Part shown: piece by piece, positions 27,691 to 40,644 of the stretch
How positions within the stretch are numbered: the stretch's first letter is position 1
How the letters are laid out: each line of letters starts with the position of its first letter
Assembly (NCBI RefSeq): GCF_016432865.1
Contig: NC_067399.1
Coordinates: 596,998,001 to 597,062,000 of the forward strand
Reading direction: 5' to 3'
Length of the DNA stretch: 64,000 nt
Origin: Antechinus flavipes
Taxonomy: Eukaryota
Notes under the pieces: generated by a model
The model's input: only the letters and a program-made list of their open reading frames with translations
Told to the model about the DNA's origin: nothing
Databases searched by the model: none
Translations under genes and position numbers: made by a program

Positions 27691-28244
27691 CTCTAATTCT
27701 ACCATTCTAAGTATAAGCCAACATCTAATCACCTTAACTCATATTCCTAAGATATTTTGCTGTTTTATGAGTTGTTGACCATCAACTCTCATTTTGATGA
27801 GTAAGTCATATGAAAAGCTTTTTCTGGCCCAAGAAACTTGTCTAGTCTTTGAACTATTTTTGGAGTGTACTTTTTAGAGCACTAGATTAGGGGTAAGGAA
27901 GGCAAGTTTGAATCCTGTCTCACCCACTTATTAAAGTTTTATGACTGGCCAAAGCATTAGTTTCCTTTCCAGTAAAATGGGGATATCATGTAACCTCACA
28001 GATTATCATGAGGAATAACTGAGTTAATATTAGTGAACTACAACCTTAAAAGTCTAAATAAATGCTATTATTTAGGGTACATCCTTGATTTGAGCATTCA
28101 TTGACTGCTAGAGCCACTACCTAGCTGGTTACTAAAATTAATTTGCAAATGTGAAGTACTTCTAAAAATCATAATTAAAACAGTAAAAACTGTGGTCTAT
28201 AGAACAAAGTAACCCCCAAAATTAACAGTACATGCTTTTTTTAG

Positions 28245-28349
<105 letters not shown>

Positions 28350-31300
28350 CAACTTCAAAAGCCATAAATATTCTGTGGTATACAATGCAGTGTTTCCTGT
28401 GAAACAGCTCGTGAAAAAAAATTGTTTTTTAGTTGTACTGTATGCTAATGATGTAGTTAAGAAACCAAAGGTTAAATACATTTCCCTCCCAATGTTATGA
28501 AAGATTGCTAACAGCCTTATAAAGAAAAAGAAGCTTTTCTAGGGGTTTGTATAATGTTGAGAAGTTTATTTTATGTATTTAATTTTATTAAATATTACAC
28601 AATATATTTTTATTAAGCTGTAGTATAAATCTGTAAAGTTGATTCAAGTCTAATTTTTTAAACTTACATTCCTGAACACTTAGCAAAAAACTCTCTATTT
28701 TTTCTGAACCATTATTGATAATGTGTGAACATATGGCACATTATCTAGTTGCAAAAACTATTCAATAGCCAAAGAATAGAACCAATCCAACAATTATTCC
28801 AAAAAGATACCTGAATGATAGTGCTAAATTGTACTTGAACTTGTAATATATACATACAAGTTAAAAACTGGTTGGGGAAAATAAAATGAAAATTCTTTGT
28901 GTTGTCATTTTTGAAGCTAAGGTTGTTACCAGAATCTGTGAATCACTTTTTGGGCATATATGTAAAGTGACATTGGCATTACTTTCTCATGTAACTAGCA
29001 TTTGGAGAAAAAGGTATTAAGATAAAGTTTTTATTCAGTAAGATTTTGATGGTAATCATAAGACTCAACTAAAAAGTAATTCTGTTAGAGAGGCAAAGAA
29101 AAATATCAGCAAACATACACTGGCATTTAAAAACTTCTGTTAATGCTTATTGAACTTTTGTTGGTTTATCTAAGTCTTTATGACTTCATGGAAGGTATTG
29201 TTACGTACGTACTCAACTTACACAGTTCAGATTGTTCATCCAGGCACTGACAGATGAATTTTTAGTCCAAAATACTAAACAAACAAACAAAAAAACCACC
29301 TTGGAATGGTAAATATTTGCTTTTTAAAAAAAAAAAAAAACTCCAAAACTAACCAAAATCTCAGATATCTTCAATCTCTTTAGAATAACACTCTTATAGC
29401 AGTAGGATGTTAAATTTTGGGTTGCTTATCACTTCAGTATTTTCTATATACACAGAAATATGTTTATATAACTGATTTGTTTTGGGGGGGAAACCACAGT
29501 AATTTAAAATGAAGGTGAAATAAAAATAGAAATGATCTATGTCCAAAACTCCATTGTAATGAAGCAAGCACAATTAGGTGCAGATTAGATTCTAGTCATA
29601 TATCCATTTACACAACTGTAAGAAACAAAACCAAGCTATCTAATAAGATTCAACAAGTATTGACATTCATTTCATGTAGTGTAATGTGGAATTTCATGTG
29701 TGAATTAAATTATGTGCCTTTCTTTCAAAGTAACAGCATATTTTGTGTAGCAGTGGAGACTTGTTTACATATGGTTTTGTAAAATGTGCAAAATGTATTT
29801 AGAATACCGTATAACAATGTGTGGCATACACCTGAAATGAGGGTAGTGGGAAATTTTATAGTTTGGGGATTATAAAAACAAAAAAAAATATCCAAATCTT
29901 AAATTACTGGTTGCTATAAAACTCCATGTTATCAAAGGGCAAGTAGTTAAAAAGAAAAACTTAAGTCTGATCTCATCACTTCTCATTCTGTAGATAGGCA
30001 ATTACACTCATTGCCATATTTCTTATGGAGATCTTATAAAGGTGGTTCCATAAATTAAAAGTTCAGTTTCAATCCAAGTATGCACTGCCAAAGGGCTATC
30101 CATGTCATTTCTGATATTGTATAAGATTGCCCTGGCAAAGCTTGGCTAGAGTTAAAACAAAAGTTCATCATAAACTGTACATGTGTAAATGGCTATAAAC
30201 AAGAATGGGTCAAAAAAAACCCATAAACTTTCATAGATTACGTAAAAAGCACAAAGACAAGGAATGATACTTTTCTTAACAAAACTAGACAACAGGACTT
30301 CTGGGGACAGCAGATGGTCATTTGAGGAGTATGAAAATTTTCAACTAAGAAAGCAAAAGAATTCAGTTAATTTAAAATAATTCTATTTCAGGTTAAGACC
30401 TAAAATCTATCCCTATGATTCGAATTGTTTATCAAAACAAAAAAATGCACCAAATACACATTTAAACATCATAACATGGATAAGCAAAATATTTCTCTCC
30501 CTCTGACTATATTTGGAACAAAAGTAGCTATCATGACTGTAACTGATTAAAAAATTGTGTTAACCAAAGTACAAGAAGCTTACACTGAGGCAGCAGTGCA
30601 TGTGTCTTTTGAGGGAACAAGTATACATGTGAAATTCATGTTTCCTTCAACAAGAAATAAATGGGCTCTGAATTCCATGTCATGGTTGTTTGCATTTGTT
30701 TTGGATATGTTCAAACTGAAGATTTTTCAAATGACTAATTTCATCTTGAACACACACATTTCCTTCTGGGATCTCTCCTGTATGTAGGTATTTTTGGTTT
30801 ACTTCATTATTTTAGGTTTTTACAGTCTGATCATTAAAATTTGATCTAGTTAATAAGCAGCACAATAAAGGCAAAAGTTGAGGCAAAAGACAGTTACTCA
30901 TCTGAATGACCATATTGAAGGATTGTTGTCAATACAGACCTGGTACACAAAGATCAGTAAACATTTATTAGTTGCTAGATGATTTTGTGATTATATCTTT
31001 TAATAAAAGGGAATGCTAATCTGAGGGGGAGAGGGCAATAGGTTTTAATTCAGAATAGGACATTTCTTATGATTATCATGACATGATAACATTAAAAATG
31101 AAGACTAGGGCTAGGGAGAATAATGCAAAGCTTTTGAGATCTTTTGGATAAATTCTTTAGATACTAACATTTAGAACAGAAAGGAAAAAAATAAAATCCA
31201 AACTATTTGTAGCCAAATATCCAGTATTTAGGAGTCCCTCCTCTGCTGTAAAATGTTTTTATCTTGGAACCACAGGAACCTATTTACACCTCAAGTAGAG

Positions 31301-34300
31301 TTAAAGAATATAAATACTCTGCAAAATTAGTATCTGGAAGTCAAGCAAATTAACTTAAATTTAAAAAGCTTTGAATCCAAAAATCATGTGACTTATCTGA
31401 AAATGTAGTTAAAATTTCACTTTGGTTGACTTGGATTAAATAATACCTTAGAAAAAGTAGGCTAAATATTCTCTTCACTTGTATATAGTGGAGGTATACA
31501 TAAATCCTCCAGTATTTCCAGATTTAGATAGTAATACATTGTACATATTTAAAAAAAAAACTTTTAAGCAGCTTAAAAATGATAGCTTTATTTAAGCTTT
31601 ATTTAAAGAAATAAATGCTTGTTTTCATGATAAAATTCTAGTAAGAAGCGATCTCTGAAATATGTAACACCTACCAACTCTCTAGATGCCACAAAAATTA
31701 AAATATTCTTGTTTTCTGTGGTAGCCTTTATTATTATTATTTTTAGCTATAGATAACATAGCACAGCAGCAAAGATTACACATCAGTAATGTAATATATT
31801 ATAAGTTTTCCCTCTGAAGCCTTGTATTATATGTTAGATTAATTGGATTGTTGCTTTGCCCTCTTCTCTTCTATATAACAGTCCCCTTTATCCAGTGTAT
31901 ATTAAAAAAAAAAAAAAAACAACTATATTAAATCTATATCTTACACCTATTGTAAGCAGCATTATATAAATAAGGTTTTATTTAGGCTTTCCATAGTCAC
32001 CATTCTAAATGATTAAATACTTTCAAAACCTGAATAGATTTTCAGGAATCCAAAGTTTTCTGTTATTCCTAGAGTTCTCTTAAAGCAGGCAGAGATCTGA
32101 TGAAGCTTTTGGATGTAATTTAAAACTGCCACAGTATTACTATAATCATAGTCACTAAAAAGGCCCACAACCTTCTTGGTTATCAGTGATTTAAAACTAT
32201 ATAAGCTCCAAACTTGCTAATTATATAGGACAAAATTTCATTTTAAATGAATTACTGAGTAATTTATGGTATATGTGACCTTTTAAGGAAATTTGTTTCT
32301 GCAAGAGTTTTTTTTTTCTTTTTTTAAAGAACAAAACAGGACTTTAAAAAAAATTGGGATATCTTTTCCCACACAATTGGCTAACAAAGAATTTCATGCC
32401 CTAAATACCTTGCAATTATTAAAAGTTTCGTGAATGATAGCAATTGTTCACTGTGAGAGTAAAGTAGCAGTCTATAAATTTGTATTCTTTTCCCTCCCCC
32501 ACATTGCTGCTGTATTAAGTTAATAACAATAACCATCTTGCATTTATATACTTTTCTCTTAAATATTCTTNNNNNNNNNNNNNNNNNNNNNNNNNNNNNN
32601 NNNNNNNNNNNNNNNNNNNNNNNNNNNNNNNNNNNNNNNNNNNNNNNNNNNNNNNNNNNNNNNNNNNNNNNNNNNNNNNNNNNNNNNNNNNNNNNNNNNN
32701 ATAATTGGACTAAAACTCAGATTTCAACTCCTCGGCCAGTGTTTTTTTCATTAGATCATGCCAATTTCCTCCATACTTAAGCTATCATAAATAAATTATT
32801 TGTCGATTATTAACCTCCTTTATACTTGGTTTAATTTTCAATATACCCTAAAAACCAATTCTTTTGTGAAGTACCTATTGACAAGAAATAAAATATGTCT
32901 ATGATTTCTAGGTATGCAAAAAGCTAAAATATTCAAAATATTTTAAGAGAAAGAAAGGGAAAGGCAAAGAGAAAAAGTAAGAGAGAAGGAGAGAGAGAAT
33001 ATAATACATCTCTCATTAATTACATGATAGTAAGAATGAATAATCTTAACCCAGGATCATCTCAGATTTATGTTTTTCGAAAAGTGGCCCCTTTTTTATC
33101 TGTCTATATTACCTAAAAGTTCTTGTTCATTCTGAATGAAAACATCCATTCGACTGGTCTAAAAGCAATTTTGTAATAAGGGAGACAAACCATGAATCAA
33201 ACATATTTTTATACAATGCTCTTCCTATCAACACAAATCTGTTTCTAAAACAAAACACAATTACCAACCCAACTGCTTTACAGTCTTCTGAAATTTGATA
33301 TCCTTTCATATATTTCTGCAGGGTAAGTATTTTTAAATGTCTAAATGTTTAGAACTTTAAATGCTTTTTTAGCAGATACACCAATATGTAAAAGGTAAAG
33401 CATCAACATCTTGAAAGGTTAAGTACCAAGAATCTACTGGTTATATTTTTCATAATTTTAAAATTCTTAAATTTATAGGCAAAAAATATATTAAGTGCTC
33501 TAGCTAGAACTTCTTGACTCAATACAGCAAACTGTACTTGTTGCTTTCTGTATTTCAACAGTGCAAGCTCTTCAAAAGAAACACTGAACTGGGTTTTAAC
33601 ATTTCCAGAATTCAACTGAGCAACTTTTGAAATGAACATTTTTTAAACAAAAGCATAGAAAGCAAGCGTCATCATATATAATAACATTTTTTACTAAACC
33701 ATCATAGACAAAATAAAAGCCACAGTACTTGCTTTCATATAATTATTGGCCACCCTCCTCCCCCCAAAAAAACCCCAATCCAAATCCAATACAACCTATT
33801 GCTCCCCTACCCACCCCTGCCAAGAAAACATCTTACAACCAATTTGAGACAAAAAATCAAAGCAACATGATCAAAAATTTCAAAACCTGTTCCCTCAATG
33901 ATTGCTGTATTGTCAGTTTGGGCATGCAGCAAAGTTCATAACTATCACCATGATGTAAATTAAAACATTTTAAGAATTTTGACAGTATAATATTATTTAA
34001 CACTAATTAAAAAGCAAAAGGGAAAATATCAACATGAAATGTTAGTTTCCATAATAGAAAGAAATTAAAAATAAATTAGTAAAAAAGAAATTCCCAGTAT
34101 TAACCCCAAAAGCATGTTACAACACAATCCAAATCAACCAAATTAGCCAAGTCAAATGGTCATACTTTCTGCTGGAAAAAAAAAAGCAACTTTTTTTTTC
34201 TTTTTCCTTTTTTTTTTTCTCTTAAGACGGGCAAATAAATGTGGAGAAGCAGGCCATACATATTATAAGGGGGTTTAAGTGGGGGTGTATCTGATGTATT

Positions 34301-34355
34301 TTAGTAAGTATAATTTTTTTCCTGCAATTATTTAGAAGGTTAAATAGGCAGTTTG
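28350..34355. other. Convergent 3'UTR/intergenic region of SLC18A2 (+) and PDZD8 (-)
   Basis: Lies between the two stop codons; AT-rich, several AATAAA/ATTAAA on both strands, almost no recognisable interspersed repeats; transcript ends cannot be fixed from sequence alone. Confidence 0.7.
32571..32700. other. Assembly gap (130 N)
   Basis: N run within the presumed PDZD8 3'UTR region. Confidence 0.99.
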
Positions 34356-36511
34356 CTACAGAGGTTCAGGTTGGTCAAATATTTCCTCTGACAGACTGTC
34401 AAAAGGTTGAGCCTCCATTAGTTCGCATATTTCATTATCGAGGTCTTCTTCTGTATCTTCTGTAGTCACTTTTTTGGTTTGAAATAAAGATAGAGTTTCT
34501 AGTTCTAGATCTTCAATACCTGCTCTGTAGTGTATCATAAGAAGTGTTAGAGCTTGTAGTCTTTCACCTGATTTAGTCAAAGCGGTCGAAAGGAGTGATT
34601 TTTTCTTTGAATCAGTTGCCTCTTTCTCTTCCCTGGCAATTGAATTATTGTGTTCCAGCTCCTGATCAATTTCATTCTGCAATTTATCTAACATGAATTC
34701 TAGCTTCTGGAATCTTTCCTCATTAGGCAAACCCCTATAAAGGTCACGACCAATTTCTTTAACTGCAATGAAGACACTGTCATCTAGTCCTCCTTCTCTC
34801 CTTGCCAATTTGATTCCTGCAATGTTTCGCCGCCTGGAAGGACTTGGAACACAAACCTCTGAATCACTGCCTTCATTATCAGAAGTGTTTGGTGTTGGCT
34901 TGGGTGAGGGTTCTGCCAATTCAGCAATCTGTTCAGCTTGGCTTCTTCTAGGGCCTTGACGCAAGTTTAAGATCCGAGAGCTAGTGTTCCATAAATGTCT
35001 TGTTATACCTGTACTTTTACCACCTGATTTGTTAGAAGGCATTCCTAGAATATTTTCTTGTCCTTCTATCCGTAAGTTTTTCAAGATTCGGTCCACTCGC
35101 TTTTCAGGTCCTACACAAAGTGGAGTTTCAGCAAAGCATTTTTCTTGACATTTTTTGTGGCAAACATAAGCACAAAACATGCACTGGGAAGCGGCCTTAG
35201 TCCAAACTTTCTTCTTACAGTAGTCACACCATGTTGGATTCTGAAATTGAGTGTCTTGGAAACTATGTTTATTTTCTGTCAAATTCATCTGTCCTACAAA
35301 ATACTCATCTTTATTAGGGGGAGGGATGTCCTCTATCACATTGCTTTCTTTTTCCTTCTCTATAAGATTCATGTATTGTTCTTGTTCTCCTTCCTTCAAA
35401 TACTTGAAATGTATGGTAATATCACCAAAGCAAAATTTTTCATTGAACCCCTTTTGCATACTGATATTTCGCAATGCAGTTCTAGTAACCATAGCTTTCG
35501 GTTTCGGAGCATTTAATCTGAATTTTGTGAGATATTCTAAGTTTGAAGTAGCTAAACACCCTAAAGCAATCTCTTCAAGTTTTATACTAATATGCCCTAA
35601 GCAGATGAGACTACCTACCTTGAAAGGATCTCTGCACCACAATGCAATATTCAGGTACCTATGACAGCCTTCTATGTTAAATATACAAGTTCCCTTCACT
35701 CTTGTCCATTTACCTACTCTATGATGATAAGGAATTTCTGCCGATTCCCATGTTTGGTCATCTGCACTGTCCTTATTAGCACTTTCTGAAATTAAGTCTT
35801 TTGCCACTTCCTGCTTTGCCACATTTGACTTTGACATAGATGCATCTTCTGTCTGATTAACATTTGTTACTAACTTTTCTGAAGGTTTTTCTGTTTGAGG
35901 AAGAGAAACCGATTTCTCTGTTTTTTCAACAGCTGTATCAGTTTCTGCCTGGCTTTGAGTATCAGTAGATGGTGGAACAGATTTTGTTTGTGGTCTTGGT
36001 GGCACAGGTGGTTTCAAAAGATTTGTTTGGGATGTTTTTGTTAACTGTTGTCCTTGGTCTGAAACTTCGGCAACCTTAGTTGTCACTGCTTTGGCTGAAT
36101 CTTTGTTTACAGAATTTCGTGGTGACACGTAACTTACTGATTTACGATTTAAGAGTGGTGAGGCAGGTCCATAAGGCTTAAGATTTTGTATTGAATTGCG
36201 TTTGGGACTCTGACTCAGTGATGGAATCTCATCTCTGGACTCATTTTGTATCTTGATATCACATGCCAAATCTTCAAATTCTAAATCTAAATCTTTGTTA
36301 TCAATATCCACTAAAAGGCCAGTTATGTCTTCTTCAAAATTAGTTTGACTTGTGTTTGCCAGAAAAGCACTATCTTCCAATTGTGTAAAACTATCCTGTA
36401 GTATTGGCCCTTGATTACTCTGACCAACAGGCCTTTCATAATACACCATCACTCTGTCACCTGCTTGCTTGATGAGCTTTAACACTTGGATTGTAGATGT
36501 GATTTTAACTC
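34356..36511 (-). CDS. PDZD8: PDZD8 terminal coding exon 5 (2156 bp): end of PDZ domain, split C2 region, C1 domain (HSFQDTQFQNPTWCDYC...), C-terminal coiled coil
   Basis: 726-aa ORF 34356-36536; acceptor TTTATTTTATAG|GA at 36512/36511 (the ORF's first 8 residues are intronic); sequence matches PDZD8 ('VKITSTIQVLKLIKQAGDRV', 'DDSVFIAVKEIGRDLYRGLP'); TAG stop at 34358-34356. Confidence 0.98.
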
Positions 36512-36899
36512 CTATAAAATAAAAACAAACAAACAATACAGTAAATTATTGCCACAATAATCATTTAAATCTGTTGTAAATGCTACAGTCAAATTTTGGC
36601 TTAGACTGATGGAGGGATTCATGGGCTGGGATAATTTTTTTAAAAATTGGCTTTGAAGTAGATTTTTTTGAAATCATAAAACTGAGTGCCATGCCAAACA
36701 CCAGTAAGTCAATATTGAGAATTTATACTCTTCCAAACCAAAAATAAATAAATAAATACACTCAAAATTATTTTATTAGTTAAATTGGAATTGAGAGAAA
36801 GGGATAAGTGATCAGAGGATGTAAACAAAAAGTTCTCCAAAAAAAATTACACACTACTTATTATACACTATATGAAAGATTGCTTTATATCACTAGTAA

Positions 36900-37416
36900 T
36901 AAGAAAACAGCAAATCAAAACATCTCTTGAGGTTTTATTCAACTCTCAGAATATTGGTAAACATCACAAAAGTTAGAGTCAGTGTTGAAGAGGCTATGGG
37001 AAGATAAGCACACTAATACAGTATGGTAGAGCTGTAAATCGGTGTGATCACTTTAGAAAGGAACATGAAACAGAGAGTTGGATGGAATAGGGGATCTGGC
37101 CATACTGAATCTGAGAGGCTTATGTTCAAATCCTACCTCTGACAGATGCTGGTTATGTGGCCTTCCACAAGTCACTTAAAGCTCCCAGTACCTCAGACAA
37201 TGCTCTAAAACTATAATTTGAAGAGCAAGCTTTTTGGTAACTGGTTATACTAAGGAATTCACAGGTCTCTTCTAAAAACAGAAATTGGAATTATGCTTTA
37301 AAATGTGATAAAACTGACCCAATGATCCCACTGGTAGGGATGGATAGGAGGCCAAAGGCAGAAGGAAATGTAAACAGAACTGAACAAGCAACACAGACAA
37401 TGACTTTAATAAAGGA

Positions 37417-37450
<34 letters not shown>

Positions 37451-37600
37451 AAGAAACTGAATATGTAATTGTAATGACCAAGACTATTTCTTGAAGAGAC
37501 AGGAAAACATTCCCTTATTTGAAGATATGAAGGATTATGAGTGTTGAATATTGTATAATTAGTCAAAGCAAGCTGTGAGTCAATACTGCTGAGGGAGGAC
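36900..37600 (+). mobile_element. Old L1 ORF2 3' fragment interrupted by a SINE (~37070-37270)
   Basis: 'caaatcaaaacatctcttgagg...gtgttgaagaggctatgggaagataagcacactaatac'; the nested SINE has a 'gttcaaatcctacctctgac' head. Confidence 0.55.
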
Positions 37601-38224
37601 AAGGTGGGGAAGATCGAGTCCAAAGGACTGAGCTTCTGATAGTAAATTACCATCTATGTGGTCCAAGAGAAAGCAGTTAAGTAAACTTTAATCTTAAAAG
37701 AGATTTTTGGTATTTAAGTCAATATGGGAAAAAGACAAGAAGCCCACACTGAAGGTTGGATCTAAAGTACCTCATGGGCTATGGGAGAGATGAAAACGAA
37801 TTTACCTGGAAATAAAAGGGTTAACAAGGTACTGTGGATAACAAAAGTATCATCACTGGATTTAACTTTTAAATTAATTAATTTACTGGAGTAAAAAAAA
37901 TACATAAAATAAGGTATAGTTTGCTTGACCAATTTGTCCCTGCTTGTCATTAGGTCTTACTCTGCCAAGTACTGCTGTTTAAACAGAATAATTTATTATC
38001 TTTCTTGGAAAGAGAAAAGTGGTAGAAAGAAAGGTTTTTGAAAATTGGGCATGCAAGTACTTTTGGTACTTGACCAAAATAATACCTTCTTCCTCTTAGC
38101 TTGTTGTTTTCTCCTGATGTCTCAGGGTTATTCTAAATAGGCCACAGGAATAGAGCATCCATTTAACAAATGGAGAATGGAGAATACAGAATGGGTTTCA
38201 ATTTCAGCTTTGTCATTTGTGACC

Positions 38225-38525
38225 TTGTTTTTGTCCTTTGTTCTCAAAGAGTACCATGATATCAGGGAGGGGATGCTATGATATGCACATGAATTGGATT
38301 TAAATGAGGGAGACTGTGCTAGGTCACCTGTCTCACTTTCCCCTCCAGTGACACCTGGGTCTTACAAATCAGGACGAGTGAAAATGGCCCTGGATGCATT
38401 GGGAGACCTTGGCCTTTTAAAAGCTAAGATCTTCAATAGGTCTCAGTCTGATTGAAACCATACCTAGTAGTTAGTGATTTAGGCTAGATAGCAATTGAGG
38501 CAGTATCTAGTCAGAAAAAAAAATC
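38225..38525 (-). mobile_element. WALLSI4-like retroposon, copy 2
   Basis: Internal homology to the copies at 17633 and 44189. Confidence 0.65.
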
Positions 38526-39464
38526 CAAGTAACTGACTTTGAAAGGCAAGTGCCTGGATTCCTCTGAACTTCAGTTTTCTTATGTATAAACTGAGGGAGC
38601 TGGATTTGATGATCCATATGTTATAGGATATAAGATATGGTCACCAGAGCTCTTCAAACAAGTCATACTCAAGAACTTTTAACTGTCAAGACCAAACTGC
38701 ATATTTTAGGTCTTTAACAGATGTTTTCAGATGAAAATATGGGCTAAACATTCCTTCTTATGTAAAAATTCACTGAATAGGGATTATAAATAAGGAAAAT
38801 GAGATAATTTCTAAATTAGATAACTTGATCTTTCCAATATAGACAATACTGATTGGCATTCATTTACGGTTCTGGCAAATACAAAAAAAAAAGTTTAACG
38901 TTAAAGCATGAATGAATGTTTATCAATATACACAGACCACATGGTACTCTCAGATAACCTATGTGAATGTTATCCCATTGTATTCAACAGCATCTTCTGC
39001 TAAATGGTAAGTCATTTAGTTAAGACCTGTAGCCAAGTAGTATTATATCCATTTATTCTCCTTATCCCCCCAAAAAATAGTAGTGATGGGAGTGGGGTAG
39101 TGATGGCAGCCAGCAGCAATAACAATTATGACCTTGTAATATTAAGAATTGGATATATTCCCATTAACTTTATTGGCAGGAGGGGAGTTAATTTTGGGAG
39201 GAGGAATCAGAGTCTCTGGGGGCAGGGAGGAAGAGAATGGGAGAAAATGATACTGCTGGGAAAGAAAAAATTATGCAGTCAAAAACTGATGAAGTGAAAA
39301 GGGGAGAGAGAAGGGAGTTGTAATATTTTGGATATAAATCCAATATCGGATTGTTGGATATCCATATCCATATCCATGGATATCAAACCATGCACTAGTT
39401 TAAAAGTTGTTTTTCTAAGTTAAAATCATTTAAGTTTACTGTAAAGAGCAATAGCAGAAATTAC

Positions 39465-39627
39465 CTCCAATGGCTATTAGTCTGTCCCCCCGCTGAAGAT
39501 CTGCAAGTGCAGCTGGGGAATTTGGGGCCACGGTCTCAATTACGACATGTCCACCATATCCATCAGATGACTGAACCAGGCGAAGTGTAAGTCCAACACT
39601 TTGTAAGTTTCCTTTTACTAACTCAGC
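39465..39627 (-). CDS. PDZD8: PDZD8 exon 4 (163 bp), PDZ domain: AELVKGNLQSVGLTLRLVQSSDGYGGHVVIETVAPNSPAALADLQRGDRLIAIG(G)
   Basis: Minus-strand acceptor TTTTCTCTTTATCAAG, donor GTAATT; phase-1 end joins exon 5 'GA' to form Gly; not in the ORF track (too short). Confidence 0.96.
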
Positions 39628-40644
39628 CTTGATAAAGAGAAAATGTTCAAGAATGAATATTGATACAATGGACTTGTTAATAATAACAGTTCATGTTCTG
39701 CAGCAGTTAAAACAAGGGTAATCATCTTCATTTGCAGAGGAAGAAACAGACTATATACAAAGCTTTAAATAACTGGGATTTAAACTTAAGCATGTCCAAT
39801 TGCAACTATTATTTTTTCATTACACTTTTTATGTTACTGAGAGGCACTAAATTTATATTGGGGCATGGAGGGGGGTGTGGAAAGACAATGAGCAGAGCTT
39901 GTCTTCAACTGAGGAGATAGGCTGAGACACCCTGCCACAAATATTGGGGCTGAAGGTCAGAGGAGAGAAGACTTTGCTATAGCAAGACAAATGAGCCTTA
40001 ACCTAGGGAGATAAAATAAGTGGGTCCAGAGTAATCTGCACAAACTATCAAATTACTTTTTGATCAAATTATCTTCAATGAACCATCTCAACCTAAACAA
40101 GAGGAGATTTGGAAAGGCACCAATAAAACTGATGACTATTTTATTCCAAGGGCCTGTAATATTGTTTGGGGGAGAGATGTATAGGAGTATGTATATCTAA
40201 ATATGTGTGTGCATATTTAGTCTCTGTAAAAGGTTATTTGGCATCATGTCAACTGAAATTTTAAAGAAAACACTAGCTGTAACAATAAACTACCAATTTA
40301 TAATTGAAAGGTATATTGATAAATTCTTCATATCTATAGATTGCGTAACAAAAGATACATATTTTAACTTTAACAAAAGTAGCCCTTTAACTTCCCCTAG
40401 TACTGATATTCTGACACCATGGCTTGGAGGGCTGGCCCTGTCACACATTAGCACTGTCATTTTAGATAAGTTAGTTAACATCTCAGAGCCTCAGTTTCCA
40501 CATATATAAAATGTGGAAAAGACTGACCTTGCCATCCTCCCAAGACTGCAGTGAAGATTAAATAAGATAATGGATATAAAGTACTTAGAATTATCAGTAA
40601 GTGGTCCACTTTTTTCAACTTAAAGGCTAATAAAAATATGGTAA

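Noticed and set aside
34768-35664. Three + strand ORFs (63-137 aa) overlapping PDZD8 exon 5
   Set aside because: Antisense shadows of a long coding exon; no recognisable protein
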